This document shows positions 52,669 through 64,000 of a stretch of 64,000 bases of DNA, piece after piece. Where the stretch lies: assembly GCF_964204645.1 (NCBI RefSeq), contig NC_134027.1:3194485-3258484 (forward strand). The letters are read 5' to 3'. The notes below the pieces were generated by a model that saw only the letters and a list, made by a program, of their open reading frames with translations, searched no databases and had not been told where the DNA came from. Position 1 is the first letter of the stretch, and each line of letters starts with the position of its first letter. The stretch is from Tubulanus polymorphus. Its lineage: Eukaryota; Animalia; Nemertea. Made by a program: the position numbers and the translations under genes.

Positions 52669-54304
52669 ATGTATCCAAGCAGCGGTGTCGTTACTAAAAT
52701 GACGTCGACGGCGATTCTACTTTTATTCATACTTTGCGTGTCGCCTGTGCCAGGATTTCCCGTCGCGAACGAAGAATTAACTTTTCTTGTCACTAAACTC
52801 AAACATTCCAAGGAAAAGCATATGCGACATGCTTTGGTATCTCTGAAGAACTATGCTAGATTCCAACGAAATCCAACAGGCCATTTTAACGTATTCTTAG
52901 AAGGAAATCACGCCGATTGGCTCAAGAGCAAAAAGGGTCAACGACTATTCAATGCAATTAGTTCGTTTAGAAGTCTCGATTCCTTTTCTGAACGTAAAGC
53001 AGCGCTATCGGCGATTCACAGGGAACTAGACATACTTAATGGTTACTGCAAACCTCGACAAACGTCAAATGTACACATTCGGTCGCAAAAACATACCAGT
53101 ATTCCGTGGAATATATCACCTTCTTTTTCATGGACACCCAAACATTCGAAATCAACACATCACCTCCCGAATTCCGGTTATAACAGAGATTATATCAACA
53201 TCGATGGAGCACATCATCACAAGCCTGATCCAGGAAAAATAGACTTCACTAGTCGTCATATATTTATACCGGATAATTTCGAAGACCCGCAGATTATTGG
53301 AAAACCGAGATTTCACGAGCCCATTGATTTCGGAAGTAAAGTCGTCGAAGTCCCACATAATGATGATGAAATAAAGGGGGATACAAGTCGGGGATCTGTG
53401 CCTCACGACGAACCTACAAATCAAGTATTTTCAGAATACGTAAGTGCAGAAACCGCTGACACAGGAGACTAAACCTAGAATAAATACCAATTCATTATAG
53501 TAGTTTCGCGAAAATGTGTTGAAAGAATATCTCCGAATAATCATATCGAAATGTCAGTGACGACTCATTTCGATAGCTCGGAGTTTAGTTTGACTCTTGA
53601 ATTGAAATCTATTTCCAATCGTTTCAATCTAATCACGAACTGTGGAACTGACCATTGCTAATTCATCCAGTATCTAAATTCTAAATCCTAAAGTTGTGTC
53701 ATAAACGTAATGATCATAATAGGTCTTATAATTGACACGGTATATTTGCAGTTTCACTTTTTTTTTTAATCTTAAACTAGGGATGGACCCTGTTATTCTT
53801 TTTTATTGTTAGATTTCGTTTGATCTTTTTTAAATTGGTGACCCTTATAAACCCACCGCACCTGCCGGGAGCGAAACGGGAGTTTGAAATCGGAAATCGA
53901 AGTGCAGATATAGTTGTGCGATCGGCTGTCAAATTCACATAATTCTGTGTTGAATTCGAAGTACATATGTAATTGCTGTTTCCCTTTAGATGGAAGATTG
54001 TGCTGCAACACGGTGCAAGTATGACAGAGAATGTTATAAACCGTGTTTCGGAACTGACGTCATTTGTTTTGAAGGTAAATGCGACAAATCGAAAACGCGA
54101 GGTAAGAATCATTGATTATTATGTTGATTATCGTTGTTGTCCAGGGTTATCGACTTCACTACATCATTGCATAATTTGTTTTCAGATGCGCACGGAGACA
54201 TTATAACCTGGGGACCGGAAATTAAGAATATACCCAAGAAAGTCGAGATCTCTGGCGGTTCTCGTGAATTATATATTCCCTACTGTGATCAGGTTGAACA
54301 CTAA
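52669..54304 (+). CDS. Orphan secreted protein; proposed exons 52669-53439, 53990-54101 (six-Cys module), 54186-54304; the unspliced form stops at 53472
   Basis: Acceptor CTCCAG at 52661, ATG at 52669/52699, signal-peptide-like MTSTAILLLFILCVSPVPG. The phase-0 donor TAC|GTAAGT (53440) fits acceptor CCCTTTAG|ATG (53990). The phase-1 donor G|GTAAGA (54102) fits TTTCAG| (54186) across an 84-bp intron. TAA at 54302-54304. Confidence 0.6.
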
Positions 54305-55442
54305 ACTCTACTACGCTTTTCTTGTTCAGATTTTTTTCATTCCTCGGAGGAAATTCTACACGTTGTCGAACGATGTTGTGAATGGTTTCTCCAAAAGAAA
54401 TATTCTTACTGTGCATTTCATAACTTAAACAAAATCGATATTATCGCTTCTCTTTGAAAAAAGTAATCTAAACTTCATGATTACTCTAGAATATGTTCGT
54501 TATGCCAACAATAAACAGGATCCGGTTCATAGATAATAATAGGTGTTATCGGTAAAGATCTAGAGTTTCAATTTTGTTCGGTTTCCGAAGATGTAACCCA
54601 AGCGATGTCAAGAAATATTAACACCTTAAAGGTTAATTGATGTTCGTTTTTTGGTGGTCGCTGAAATCAACGCACTTTGAAGAAAAAACGCTTCTCCGAA
54701 TCATTTTCCCAACGGAAATACAGATGATTGTTTGATTTCATGCTCAGCATCCAATCGGCTTTTTGTAATAGGTCAGTTCGTGATTAAATTGAAGCCGTAC
54801 CAACGAACGTTTGCTAAAATGTGTGACAAAATTGATTTTCATTTCAAATACTTATGGCATTTGAAATTCGAAACTCAGTTTTTTTTATTATATCGATAGT
54901 GTATTGTATATCGTGTATTGAGTTAGTTAGTGATTAATATCATAGCGTATTGGTCTTTTGCCTTCTCTTTTTGTGTGTGGTTCGTGATTGTTTAGTAATA
55001 AAATCTAATATCTATATTTTACCCATGTTGTTTTTTCTATTATTTTTAGAAATATACCGTAGGTCACATGGATCAGATCTTGGAAGGTTGTTTTGTTTAA
55101 ACTTACCTACACGCATTCCAACGAATGTCCTACGTGGATCCAATTCACCAAGGAAAAATGTCACGAAAAATGTCGAGTCACGAATTGTTTTTCGACGAAA
55201 TGTCAAGTTTACTGTGCGTAGATGCGGTGTTTTATGTCAACCTCTTACACCCTTTTGCAGACCTAGCACCTTAGCGTTCACGACTGCAAAGATCAGGGCC
55301 GATGCTGGGGACAGAAAAAATCGAAAAGGGCATGTTACGTATCTAAAGAACCAATATAACGCTTCGTGGTTCAACTCCAGAATAGGTCAATATAGTTCCA
55401 TCGTGGAGGATTTTCTTTAATGAAGTGAGTGGTTCGGTTTCT

Positions 55443-56842
55443 AATTGCCGACCTATTTTACTCGTCGACAATTCCGACGATTTAGAATTGCCGACCTATT
55501 TTACTCGTCGACAATTCCGACGATTTAGAATTGCCGACCTATTTTACTCGTCGACAATTCCGACGATTTAGAATTTCCGACCTATTTTACTCGTAGACAA
55601 TTCCGACGATTTAGAATTGCCGACCTATTTTACTCGTCGACAATTCCGACGATTTTAAATTGCCGACCTATTTCACTCGTAGACAATTCCGACGATTTAG
55701 AATTGTTGAAGGGAAGATAAATTTTCAAGCAACGACACGGCCACTTGATGCCGATTGTAGTTTGTATCTATAAAGGGTAATCTACACACGGTCCTTCATC
55801 CCAGCCATTTTATATCAGGGTAATCCACACAAACACCCAGCCCCTCGATCCCAGCCACCTTATTCAAGGGTAATCCACGCAAACACACAGCCCCTCGATC
55901 CCAGCCACCTTATTCAAGGGTAATCCACGCAAACACACAACCCCTCGATCCCAGCCACTTTATATCAGGGTAATCCACGCACACACACAGCCCCTCGATC
56001 CCAGCCACTTTATATCAGGGGTAATCCACGCAAAAACACAGCCCCTCAATCCCAGCCACCTTATTCAAGGGTAATCCACGCAAACACGCAGCCCCTCGAT
56101 CCCAGCCACTTTATTCAAGGGTAATCCACGCAAACACACAGCCCTCGATCCCAGCCACATTATATCAGGGTAATCCACGCACACACACAGCCCCTCGATC
56201 CCAGCCACTTTATATCAGGGTAATCCACGCACACACGCAGCCCCTCGATCCCAGCCACATTATATCAGGGTAATCCACGCACACACGCAGCCCCTCGATC
56301 CCAGCCACATTATATCAGGGTAATCCACGCACACACGCAGCCCCTCGATCTCAGCCACATTATATCAGGGTAATCCACGCACACACCCAGCCCCTCGATC
56401 CCAGCCACCTTATTCAAGGGTAATCCACGCACACACACAGCCCCTCGATCCCAGCCACATTATATCAGGGTAATCCACGCACACACACAGCCCCTCGATC
56501 CCAGCCACTTTATATCAGGGGTAATCCACGCAAAGGAAAATATTGATTTCCCTTTTGAAGGCAGCCTTGATTGATAAAAAATTACTATTTTCAAATCGTC
56601 TAGTGACGACAAATGAAACAGGCCGGCAATTCTAAATCGTCGGAATTGTCGACGAGTAAAATAGGTCGGCAATTTAAAATCGTCGGAATTGTCGACGAGT
56701 AAAATAGGTCGGCAATTCTAAATCGTCGGAATTGTCTACGAGTAATATAGGTTGGCAATTCTAAATCGTCGGAATTATCGACGAGTATAATAGGTGGGCA
56801 ATTCTAAATCGTCGGAATTGTCGACGAGTAAAACAGGTCGGC
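55443..56842. mobile_element. Foldback-type element: inverted arms of tandem 43-bp units flanking a minisatellite
   Basis: Six copies of AATTGCCGACCTATTTTACTCGTCGACAATTCCGACGATTTAG (55443-55700); five reverse-complement copies plus one degenerate copy (56591-56842). Confidence 0.8.
55775..56533. repeat. 50-bp minisatellite, about 14 full copies plus partials
   Basis: Unit GGGTAATCCACGCACACACACAGCCCCTCGATCCCAGCCACTTTATATCA, with variant tails TTATATCA / TTATTCAA. Confidence 0.95.
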
Positions 56843-58720
56843 TACCTGGCTCGCGGAAGAATACGTGCTATGTACTCAGCCTGGGCAGATCTACTTTTAC
56901 CTGTTCTGGAGTTGAGCCGATTCGACTTATTGGCCCGAATTGAGAATGTCGTGGTAAAACAAAAGCTCGGTTATCGGGGAAGGGATCTGGTAGTACCGTA
57001 TCTGCTTCGCTTAATAATTGAAGACTTAGTCTATACTCGTGCCGTTACCAAACAAATCGTCGTACAACATAAACACCACATTGTCAGAGGCCAGTAATTG
57101 ATAAGATTAAGATGGAGTTTGTCTTGTCCGTACCTTGTGTGACTTAATAGCCAAGATATTTTGATACTTTAGTGAGGCTTGAATTCGTTTCAATCACAGT
57201 TGATACGCCATCTCGTATCAAATGATAATTGTTGAATCGGTCGTTCAGTCGTTTCCTCTCCTCGTCGTACCCCGTACACACATACATACACCAGGCGTTT
57301 CTCTACGATAGGAGAAAAGAAACGCCTACACCGTTTGATACGAACATTGGTGTTTACTAAGTCCGCTGCTTATTCAACGGAGTTCTTTCAGAGGATAATA
57401 TATATTTGCTCCGGGAGGAAAATAGGTAGTCACTGTCGAGCTGGTTGGAAGAAACGGTGTTTTCTAATATGTGGCTGAATGGTAATTTGAGAAAATCGTA
57501 AGTCGCATAAATGAGGAACTGGTCGAACTGGTAGGTTATATTTCTCGACGGAGGAGTATATATCTTCATCGCGACGTTAACCTGTGGGACCGATAAACAT
57601 CCATTATACGTGACACGAAGCATAACATATACAATTATATGGGTAGGACGCATATATTCACATACGTATCCTATTCCACGATCCCATGCCTTCCATATTT
57701 AATATCATTGAATCATTTTCAACATTGAATCCAAATTCAAATTAAGATTTTGAAAAATAGTAGTTATCATCTACAGGGCCGTTATATCGTATTGGAATAT
57801 GTATGTTGGTGTAGACTGAGAATGATTTTCTTCCTTCAGGTCCGATCAGTACGCAAAAATACCACACGTAAAGCTCATACTTTATGATCCGTTTCATTTT
57901 TATATTCCTTACTAAAGAATTATTTCTTGTTTCTGGAATTTGGCCATAAACGATTGTAACTTCCCTACATTTTCCTCACAGACGTGCACGTGCTTCTCCC
58001 GTTTCCTGAGTTCATCTTCGACAAAATGAAATGGAAGGAATTTGCCGATTTACCTCTCTCCTCGCTACAGAAACAAACACGATGCGTGCTGTATATGATA
58101 AATCTTATAAGCTTTTATTTTGCTTCATTTTCTACATCAAATGTTCAATAACCGTAACAAACAAGTTTACATCAGTATCAGAAAGCATTATAACCCTAAG
58201 AGATATCGATACTCTAATACTCATTAGTTTGAAGGTAATACATTATAGGTGTACATATTCATATATAGATCGTATTTACAGCCCTAGATCGGATTTTCTT
58301 TTAAGTTTCAGCGAGAGGTTTGCATACTACAAACAATCTTTTCTTTTAGTTCAAGAAGTCCGAGATTCTATAATGTGTTTCTAGGCTAACCAACCAATTC
58401 GTCGATTTGCGACTGTTTTGCATTCATAGTTCAAAGCCACCCTTGTGCCATCATATAGCACATCATAATCAGTGAAAGTTACAGATCATAACTAATATGA
58501 CCCAGGGTTAATTTCTAGATATACATGTACTTTCTTTTATGTCCGCTAAATAATAGGTTAGGTACATTTGCGCTGCTATGTATACATATACAATATGTGT
58601 GTATATAAAACATCCCAAATATTGAGTAGTACGTATATACCTTATGACATCGCATGCGACCTGTGGACAAAACGACCACAATTTTGTTAGTTATAAGATA
58701 ATTGCTTTTACAGTGTTAGT

Positions 58721-61700
58721 TTAAACTTCAGTTACACGCCCATAATCCAATTGTACTTGATTTGAACTGCAGCGGTCACGATCGTTCATCAGAGGATGGT
58801 GCACCATTTCATCAGTGAAATTAATCGACGTGTCGGTTTTTATTTTCTTCTTGATGAAACAGTGACACATTATCTTCAGGAACTCCATTCTGAATCGCCG
58901 ACATGTTATGACATAAATAAAGAATTTACAACCCAGAAAACAAAACATTAGAAATTCAGTGACCGCCTCGGCGAGGAGACTTTGCGCGTCCAGTTTGAAC
59001 GAGTCTACGTAAGCCTTCTGGTTCTCGCAAATATAATCAAAAACCCGGAACGCAAATTGCGGTATTATGAGAACTATATAGAAAACACCGATGGCCATGT
59101 AACTAATGCGAAGGTCGCAAAAAGCCTCCGGATCTAACATGTATTTGTACATTTTTTCCTCTTCTCTCGAAGGACCTGAACCGTGGCGTACAAAATGGGT
59201 AATCAACATCATGGCGACAAATACAGAAACTATGATCATGGGTAATATTTCTGAAGTAAGGGTGTCAATTACTGGCCAAATGATATCCTGAAAAATCTGG
59301 CTGGCGCCTTTCGACGCAAATGTACACAGTGTACCCTTAGGCTTATCATCCCTGCCGTCTAACGTGACAAGTTCGTATGTCCAGAAGAACTGTGCGTTAA
59401 CGCAAACGAGTAATACTGTCAGCAGCAATATAACAGCCCGCGCACGCTCAAATGTGCACATTATTTGGCTCTTTTTCGGGTAGCGAATGATAATGAATCC
59501 TTCAATACACGCGGCTACCATTAGCCAGTGTACGAAGTGAATAATGAAGTTGAATGTGAATGGATAAATCTTGCACATGGCGTCGGATAGCAGTAGTAAC
59601 TGATTGGAAAGTTGCATGTCGGCGATGTTGTTCAACCACGTGTCACCGCAACGTACGTACAGCCACAGCGTTTCAATAATCGGTAGCACCGTTAGATACA
59701 GACACGTTGAAGATACGCAATGTGTCAACTTTTGCATGATGATAGAGGTGAAGAGGTTTCCAAGTGTGCCGATCGTTAGAATAAACGGTGGAAGATATAG
59801 TTGTAGATTTGCGGCTATAGCATGTTCGGGATATTTGTTGTCGCTCAAGTACTGGTTCAATATGAAGTCATCATTGCTCATGTTAAGAGTGCCATTTCCA
59901 CCTAAAAGTAGACAAAATGAGATAGATTTGAGATAAGGCTTAGAGTATTTCGAACAGGGTCCATTTTCGTAAGTACACGTCCAGTGCGACATCACATACA
60001 AGTAATCTATGTATGTATGAAAGGGCAAAGAGAATACGTAATCTTGGAGATGTAAAAAATACGAAATAACGATATGGCAGTCAACTGTGGGTTCTTACTT
60101 AAAGCTGCATGCGCTGATGACGAGGTCATTATTTTTAGCAGTGATTCTTGAATCTTATTAGTGTTAAGCCATATTTTTGATTTCAGTATTTAGCAATATG
60201 TCATTCGGTGAAGTATTGATGTTTGATTTCGACGAGTGTGACACAAAGTAAACATTTAACGAGGATGACATTTGGTTTAACAAGTCGAAACATTGACTTT
60301 TCTTTAAATAATGCATAATATTCTGTCTAAATCATGATAACCATACATAAATCCTCGACGACACAAGCTGACTTGACAAAAATCCCTCTATCATGATAAA
60401 CAGTATTAGTAATAACATCAAGTCATGTTCTGGAGGGCACATCACATAAATTACAAGTGACAAAAACTAATATCTTGATCTATGACACAACTAACTTCGG
60501 TATGACGTCACATTTGATCTGCCAGACGCTCCCCGGATACCTGATAAATATGATGTACATAAATCTCACTAAACGACGTCTGAAAATAGCTCACAAAACA
60601 CATTCCTCGGGTAATTCCGCGGCAAGATTTTACTTCTTTTTCGTCTTCAAGTTGATTACTTTCACGGGATGGATGGTTACTATCTACGAGCATTCGTGTT
60701 GGATTTAACAAACGAGCAACTATGCATCTGTAGAGCAATTAACAACCGAGTTCACGATATCGCTAGCTATTAATAATCACACGCTACCATTCTGTCAAAA
60801 ATATCTACTTCGCAATAGAAATTATTGGTTATGTGATTTTGTAGTTTCGTCCGTGGCGTATCTTCCACATCTCAATGGGACGCAGTCAACAAAAGGTCAA
60901 GAAGAAATTGATCTCATTTGATTAACTTTCAGACGTATCGACAAAGTTACGTTTGAAACGCTTAATCAATGTTACCCCAAATTTCACCCTCGACATGAAG
61001 GGCCATATTTCATCTATAAATCTATCAGTTGAGAGATCGTGTCCATCATGCCCATCCATATTGATTGTACGGTCAATTGAATGATACACAACCCTATTAG
61101 ATATTCATCGTTTGTCTGAAAGCGTCTACGGTAGATATAAAATGTGTTTCCAAGGCGTTAGTTAATTTACTGTGCCCGGTTGGGCGAAACAAAATTCCTT
61201 GATTAGCAAAGAACACTCGGTCGTTTGAGGTGACTAGAAGATGATTTTGTCTGATGCACAGTATTGATTCTGGACGTAATCTTTGCGTCGATGTTGTTCA
61301 CTAATTCAAAAGAAAGAAATAGCCGAGTTCTGGCGTGATTGTAATCGGAAATCGAAAATTCGATTGATTGAACAGCAGATCCAATTGCCCGCGGTTATGG
61401 GTGGATTGTGTGATTAGTTTAGCATAGAAAAACATTATTTACGGAGTCGGAATTATTCAATAAACGGAATGAATTCCGACACGATACGAATTGATGCGGG
61501 GTATGACAAAAATTCAACGTAAATCACACCAGAAATAGAATGATAATCTTTTGGACGAAATCTAAGTTACAAATTGCCGGACTACGATCTATTTTGATTG
61601 AGATTCTTACCATAAACTTGGATAAAATCGAGACCATCACTGCTCTGGAGCCAGGAGTGGACTTCATCAACGCATTGTCCGTTATCCAAGAACTTAAAGA

Positions 61701-61827
61701 ATTTAGAACAATCGCCACATTTTACATTTGCAAACTTCACAACACGTTCATAAACATCTGTTTCATTTGCGGCGGTACTATGTTTTTTCGCTGCATCCCG
61801 AAGATATTCCATAAGATTTTCTTGCAT
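58721..61827 (-). CDS. Rhodopsin-like (class A) peptide-receptor-type GPCR, two coding exons (61827-61611, 59901-58721), 465 aa
   Basis: Seven hydrophobic segments; TM1 IGTLGN, TCLYL, CKIYPF, AVILLLTVLLVCVN, RRFR helix 8; resembles FMRFamide-receptor/GPR139-like orphans. The upstream ORF ends at a phase-1 donor (TAT G|GTAAGA) matching the phase-1 acceptor TTTTAG|GT GGA. Confidence 0.85.
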
Positions 61828-64000
61828 TTGTATCAAGCTAAGCGAACATTAAAACTATTCAACGTTTATAAATCCAAATAGAAATAGATATTCGTTGCAG
61901 ACCTAGATGCTAGTTTTCATTGTTATTTGCAGACTGTTTCCAACACATTCGTAACAGGTAATGGTGAGATGGGATAGTGCTGTTTGTATAAACGAGATAT
62001 TGTTTTGCTTCCCATCAGTCGAGTGCAGGCTGGAGAAGTCTACCGTTAAATACATTCGTAAGAATAATTTACTTCGAAACATATGCCTAGTTTTAATCGC
62101 AATGCACTACAAATAGTACACAGGTATACAGGATTTCACGCTCTAGCTTAACACTGTCTTACGCCGACGATTCTACAACGTGAAATATGAAAATACGCGC
62201 AGAATGTGGTGCTTTTTACCTAGTAAACTTAGTGATATTTTGTGTATTTTTCTAGTCGCAATACAACGGCTATGACATGATATATCGGCTACATAATCAA
62301 TTACGCAACATCAACCATTACTACTGAAAACGTTTTCATATAATGCATATCCTAGGATCTATGGATAGTGAGGCCAGTTTTTGACGCCGTGAAAACCGTT
62401 ACAAAAATGTATTAATATCTCTTACTACGCTACATTGCTAAGTGTTATGTAAGGGGTAGCGTGTGAGTCGACGTGCACTACGTCATCAATATTGGCGTTG
62501 CAAAATAACAATGACGAATTGAATACATTTTTCTTCTATTTAATGAATTTTCGTGTCCTTTTGATAGTGCATCTTTATGGCTATTGGGGCATCAATACTT
62601 GGGTAATCTGTGAGTAGATGTGCACAACGTCATCAATATTTGGAATAGACTGGTTGGCAGGCAATTCAATTCGATTCAATTCAATTGTCGATATATTCGA
62701 ATTGAAAATAACTTTACTGATACTGTTTATCTTGAGTAACATTTTTGCAGTCTATTGAACGTAATTTCTGACCGTATTGAACGTAATTGACTATGGATAA
62801 ACTATCATGGGTTTTAACTTAATTAATAGCATCACAGTAATTACATTAATCATGTATATGGTAAAGAAATTTTGTAAACAGAATGACTACGACTCCGAGA
62901 CATACAAGAACGCGATTACCAAGGGGCATGGAGGATAGCTAATTGGATGCGCCGGAGAAAATCAGCAGTTATTTCTGTGAAAATATCGGAAATGCTCTGC
63001 AGGCATAAGAGATCACAGAAAAGAACGATGATTCAGTTTTGCGAGACATTTTCCATGTAGGTCCAAATGTTTAACTCATTATTTTCTATCATAGAATAAA
63101 ACTATATTCATATAATATCTATTTGAATGACTGTGTCGCATTTGATACGTAGCACATGCTAATAATTGATGTAAATTGTGCGTTTATGTCTGAATGGTAT
63201 AGAAATACATTCGTACGCCTATTTCAGATTACTGAACTATAATCGTTCAAAAGTTAAATTTGAATTTGGAGCAAATTTAATGGAAAATAAATGTTAATTT
63301 CTATTGTTAAAAAAACTACTTTATTAGCGTTGATCAAAAATGACTTAGTCTCTCAGGCACCTCTTAAACACACGGTGGAATCTTGTAGGAAGTTGATAGT
63401 CGCGCCTGTTACAAAAATACTTGGAAATCAGCATCCAGAGTGGTGCAAGCTCAGTTTCCATGGATACAGGAATCCTTACATCTCAGTTGGCAGTTATCTT
63501 CAACCTATTACCACGCTAAACTCGCCTCGTTCCCGTTGACAAAGTGCAATAAGTCCCCATAATCAAACAAGTACATGGTGGAACAAGAGCCATATCTCAG
63601 GGTTCGGCAAACTCAGTCAGTTGTCGATTTTCTTTATTAAATTAGGTAAATTCGATTCTCGATCGATCGAATTGAGAGCGTCGCGTTTTACCCCATATCT
63701 TATCTACATTTATGGGAGAAAAATGTGAAGCGAAGTGAACATCAACAAAATACAAAATGCACGAACCAGACCGGGATATTCTTATGCACTATTATATATC
63801 ATAAATAAGTAAAATGGGTTACATAATGATAACACGAGCAGCTGTGTATTATCTCTGCTATAAAATCCCGCTAATTATATTTCATATGTCCGCGTACATA
63901 CAAAAAATAAACCCAAAAAATCCATATTTTAAAATACAACGGCAACTAATATTGCTACGAATATTTAAGGTGAATCTGTACATGAATCGAAGCACGAAAA

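Noticed and set aside
55443-56842. CRISPR-like regular repeats
   Set aside because: The units are contiguous with no unique spacers, no cas genes are present, and the context is eukaryotic.
1819-63539. Most 60-150 aa ORFs in the track (e.g. 1819-2109, 18967-19320, 32187-32567, 54950-55420, 58031-58384, 61540-61881)
   Set aside because: They are antisense or off-frame shadows of real exons, intron read-throughs, or AT-rich chance ORFs, often with non-ATG starts and no recognisable motifs.

Overview
AT-rich, gene-dense eukaryotic DNA with many ~80-90 bp GT-AG introns. It is most consistent with an invertebrate animal, possibly a lophotrochozoan; the species cannot be assigned from the sequence. 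Conserved genes, in order: partial CCDC162-like (+), RGSL1/RGS22-like (-), UHMK1/KIS (-), FGD/frabin-like RhoGEF (+), intronless BTB-9xC2H2 zinc finger (-), SNX20/21-like (+), UNG (-), NPRL2 (+) and a two-exon atypical peptide-type GPCR (-). Three pairs are head-to-head. Less ordinary content: (1) two unrelated families of small intronic elements whose inverted arms carry minimal hammerhead-ribozyme motifs of the Penelope type, one family in at least 4 copies, the other enclosing a LINE-like CCHC zinc-knuckle relic; (2) an orphan secreted-protein gene that appears to splice onto a 6-Cys toxin/defensin-like exon missed by the ORF track, with a decayed paralog nested in an NPRL2 intron; (3) a 67-aa secreted proline-rich micro-peptide gene; (4) a foldback element with 43-bp tandem arms around a 50-bp minisatellite; (5) a Mutator-type MITE with a 9-bp TSD between two divergent genes. 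No rRNA, intact tRNA or CRISPR array was found. All calls come from manual reading, with no database searches; exon boundaries are approximate unless stated.
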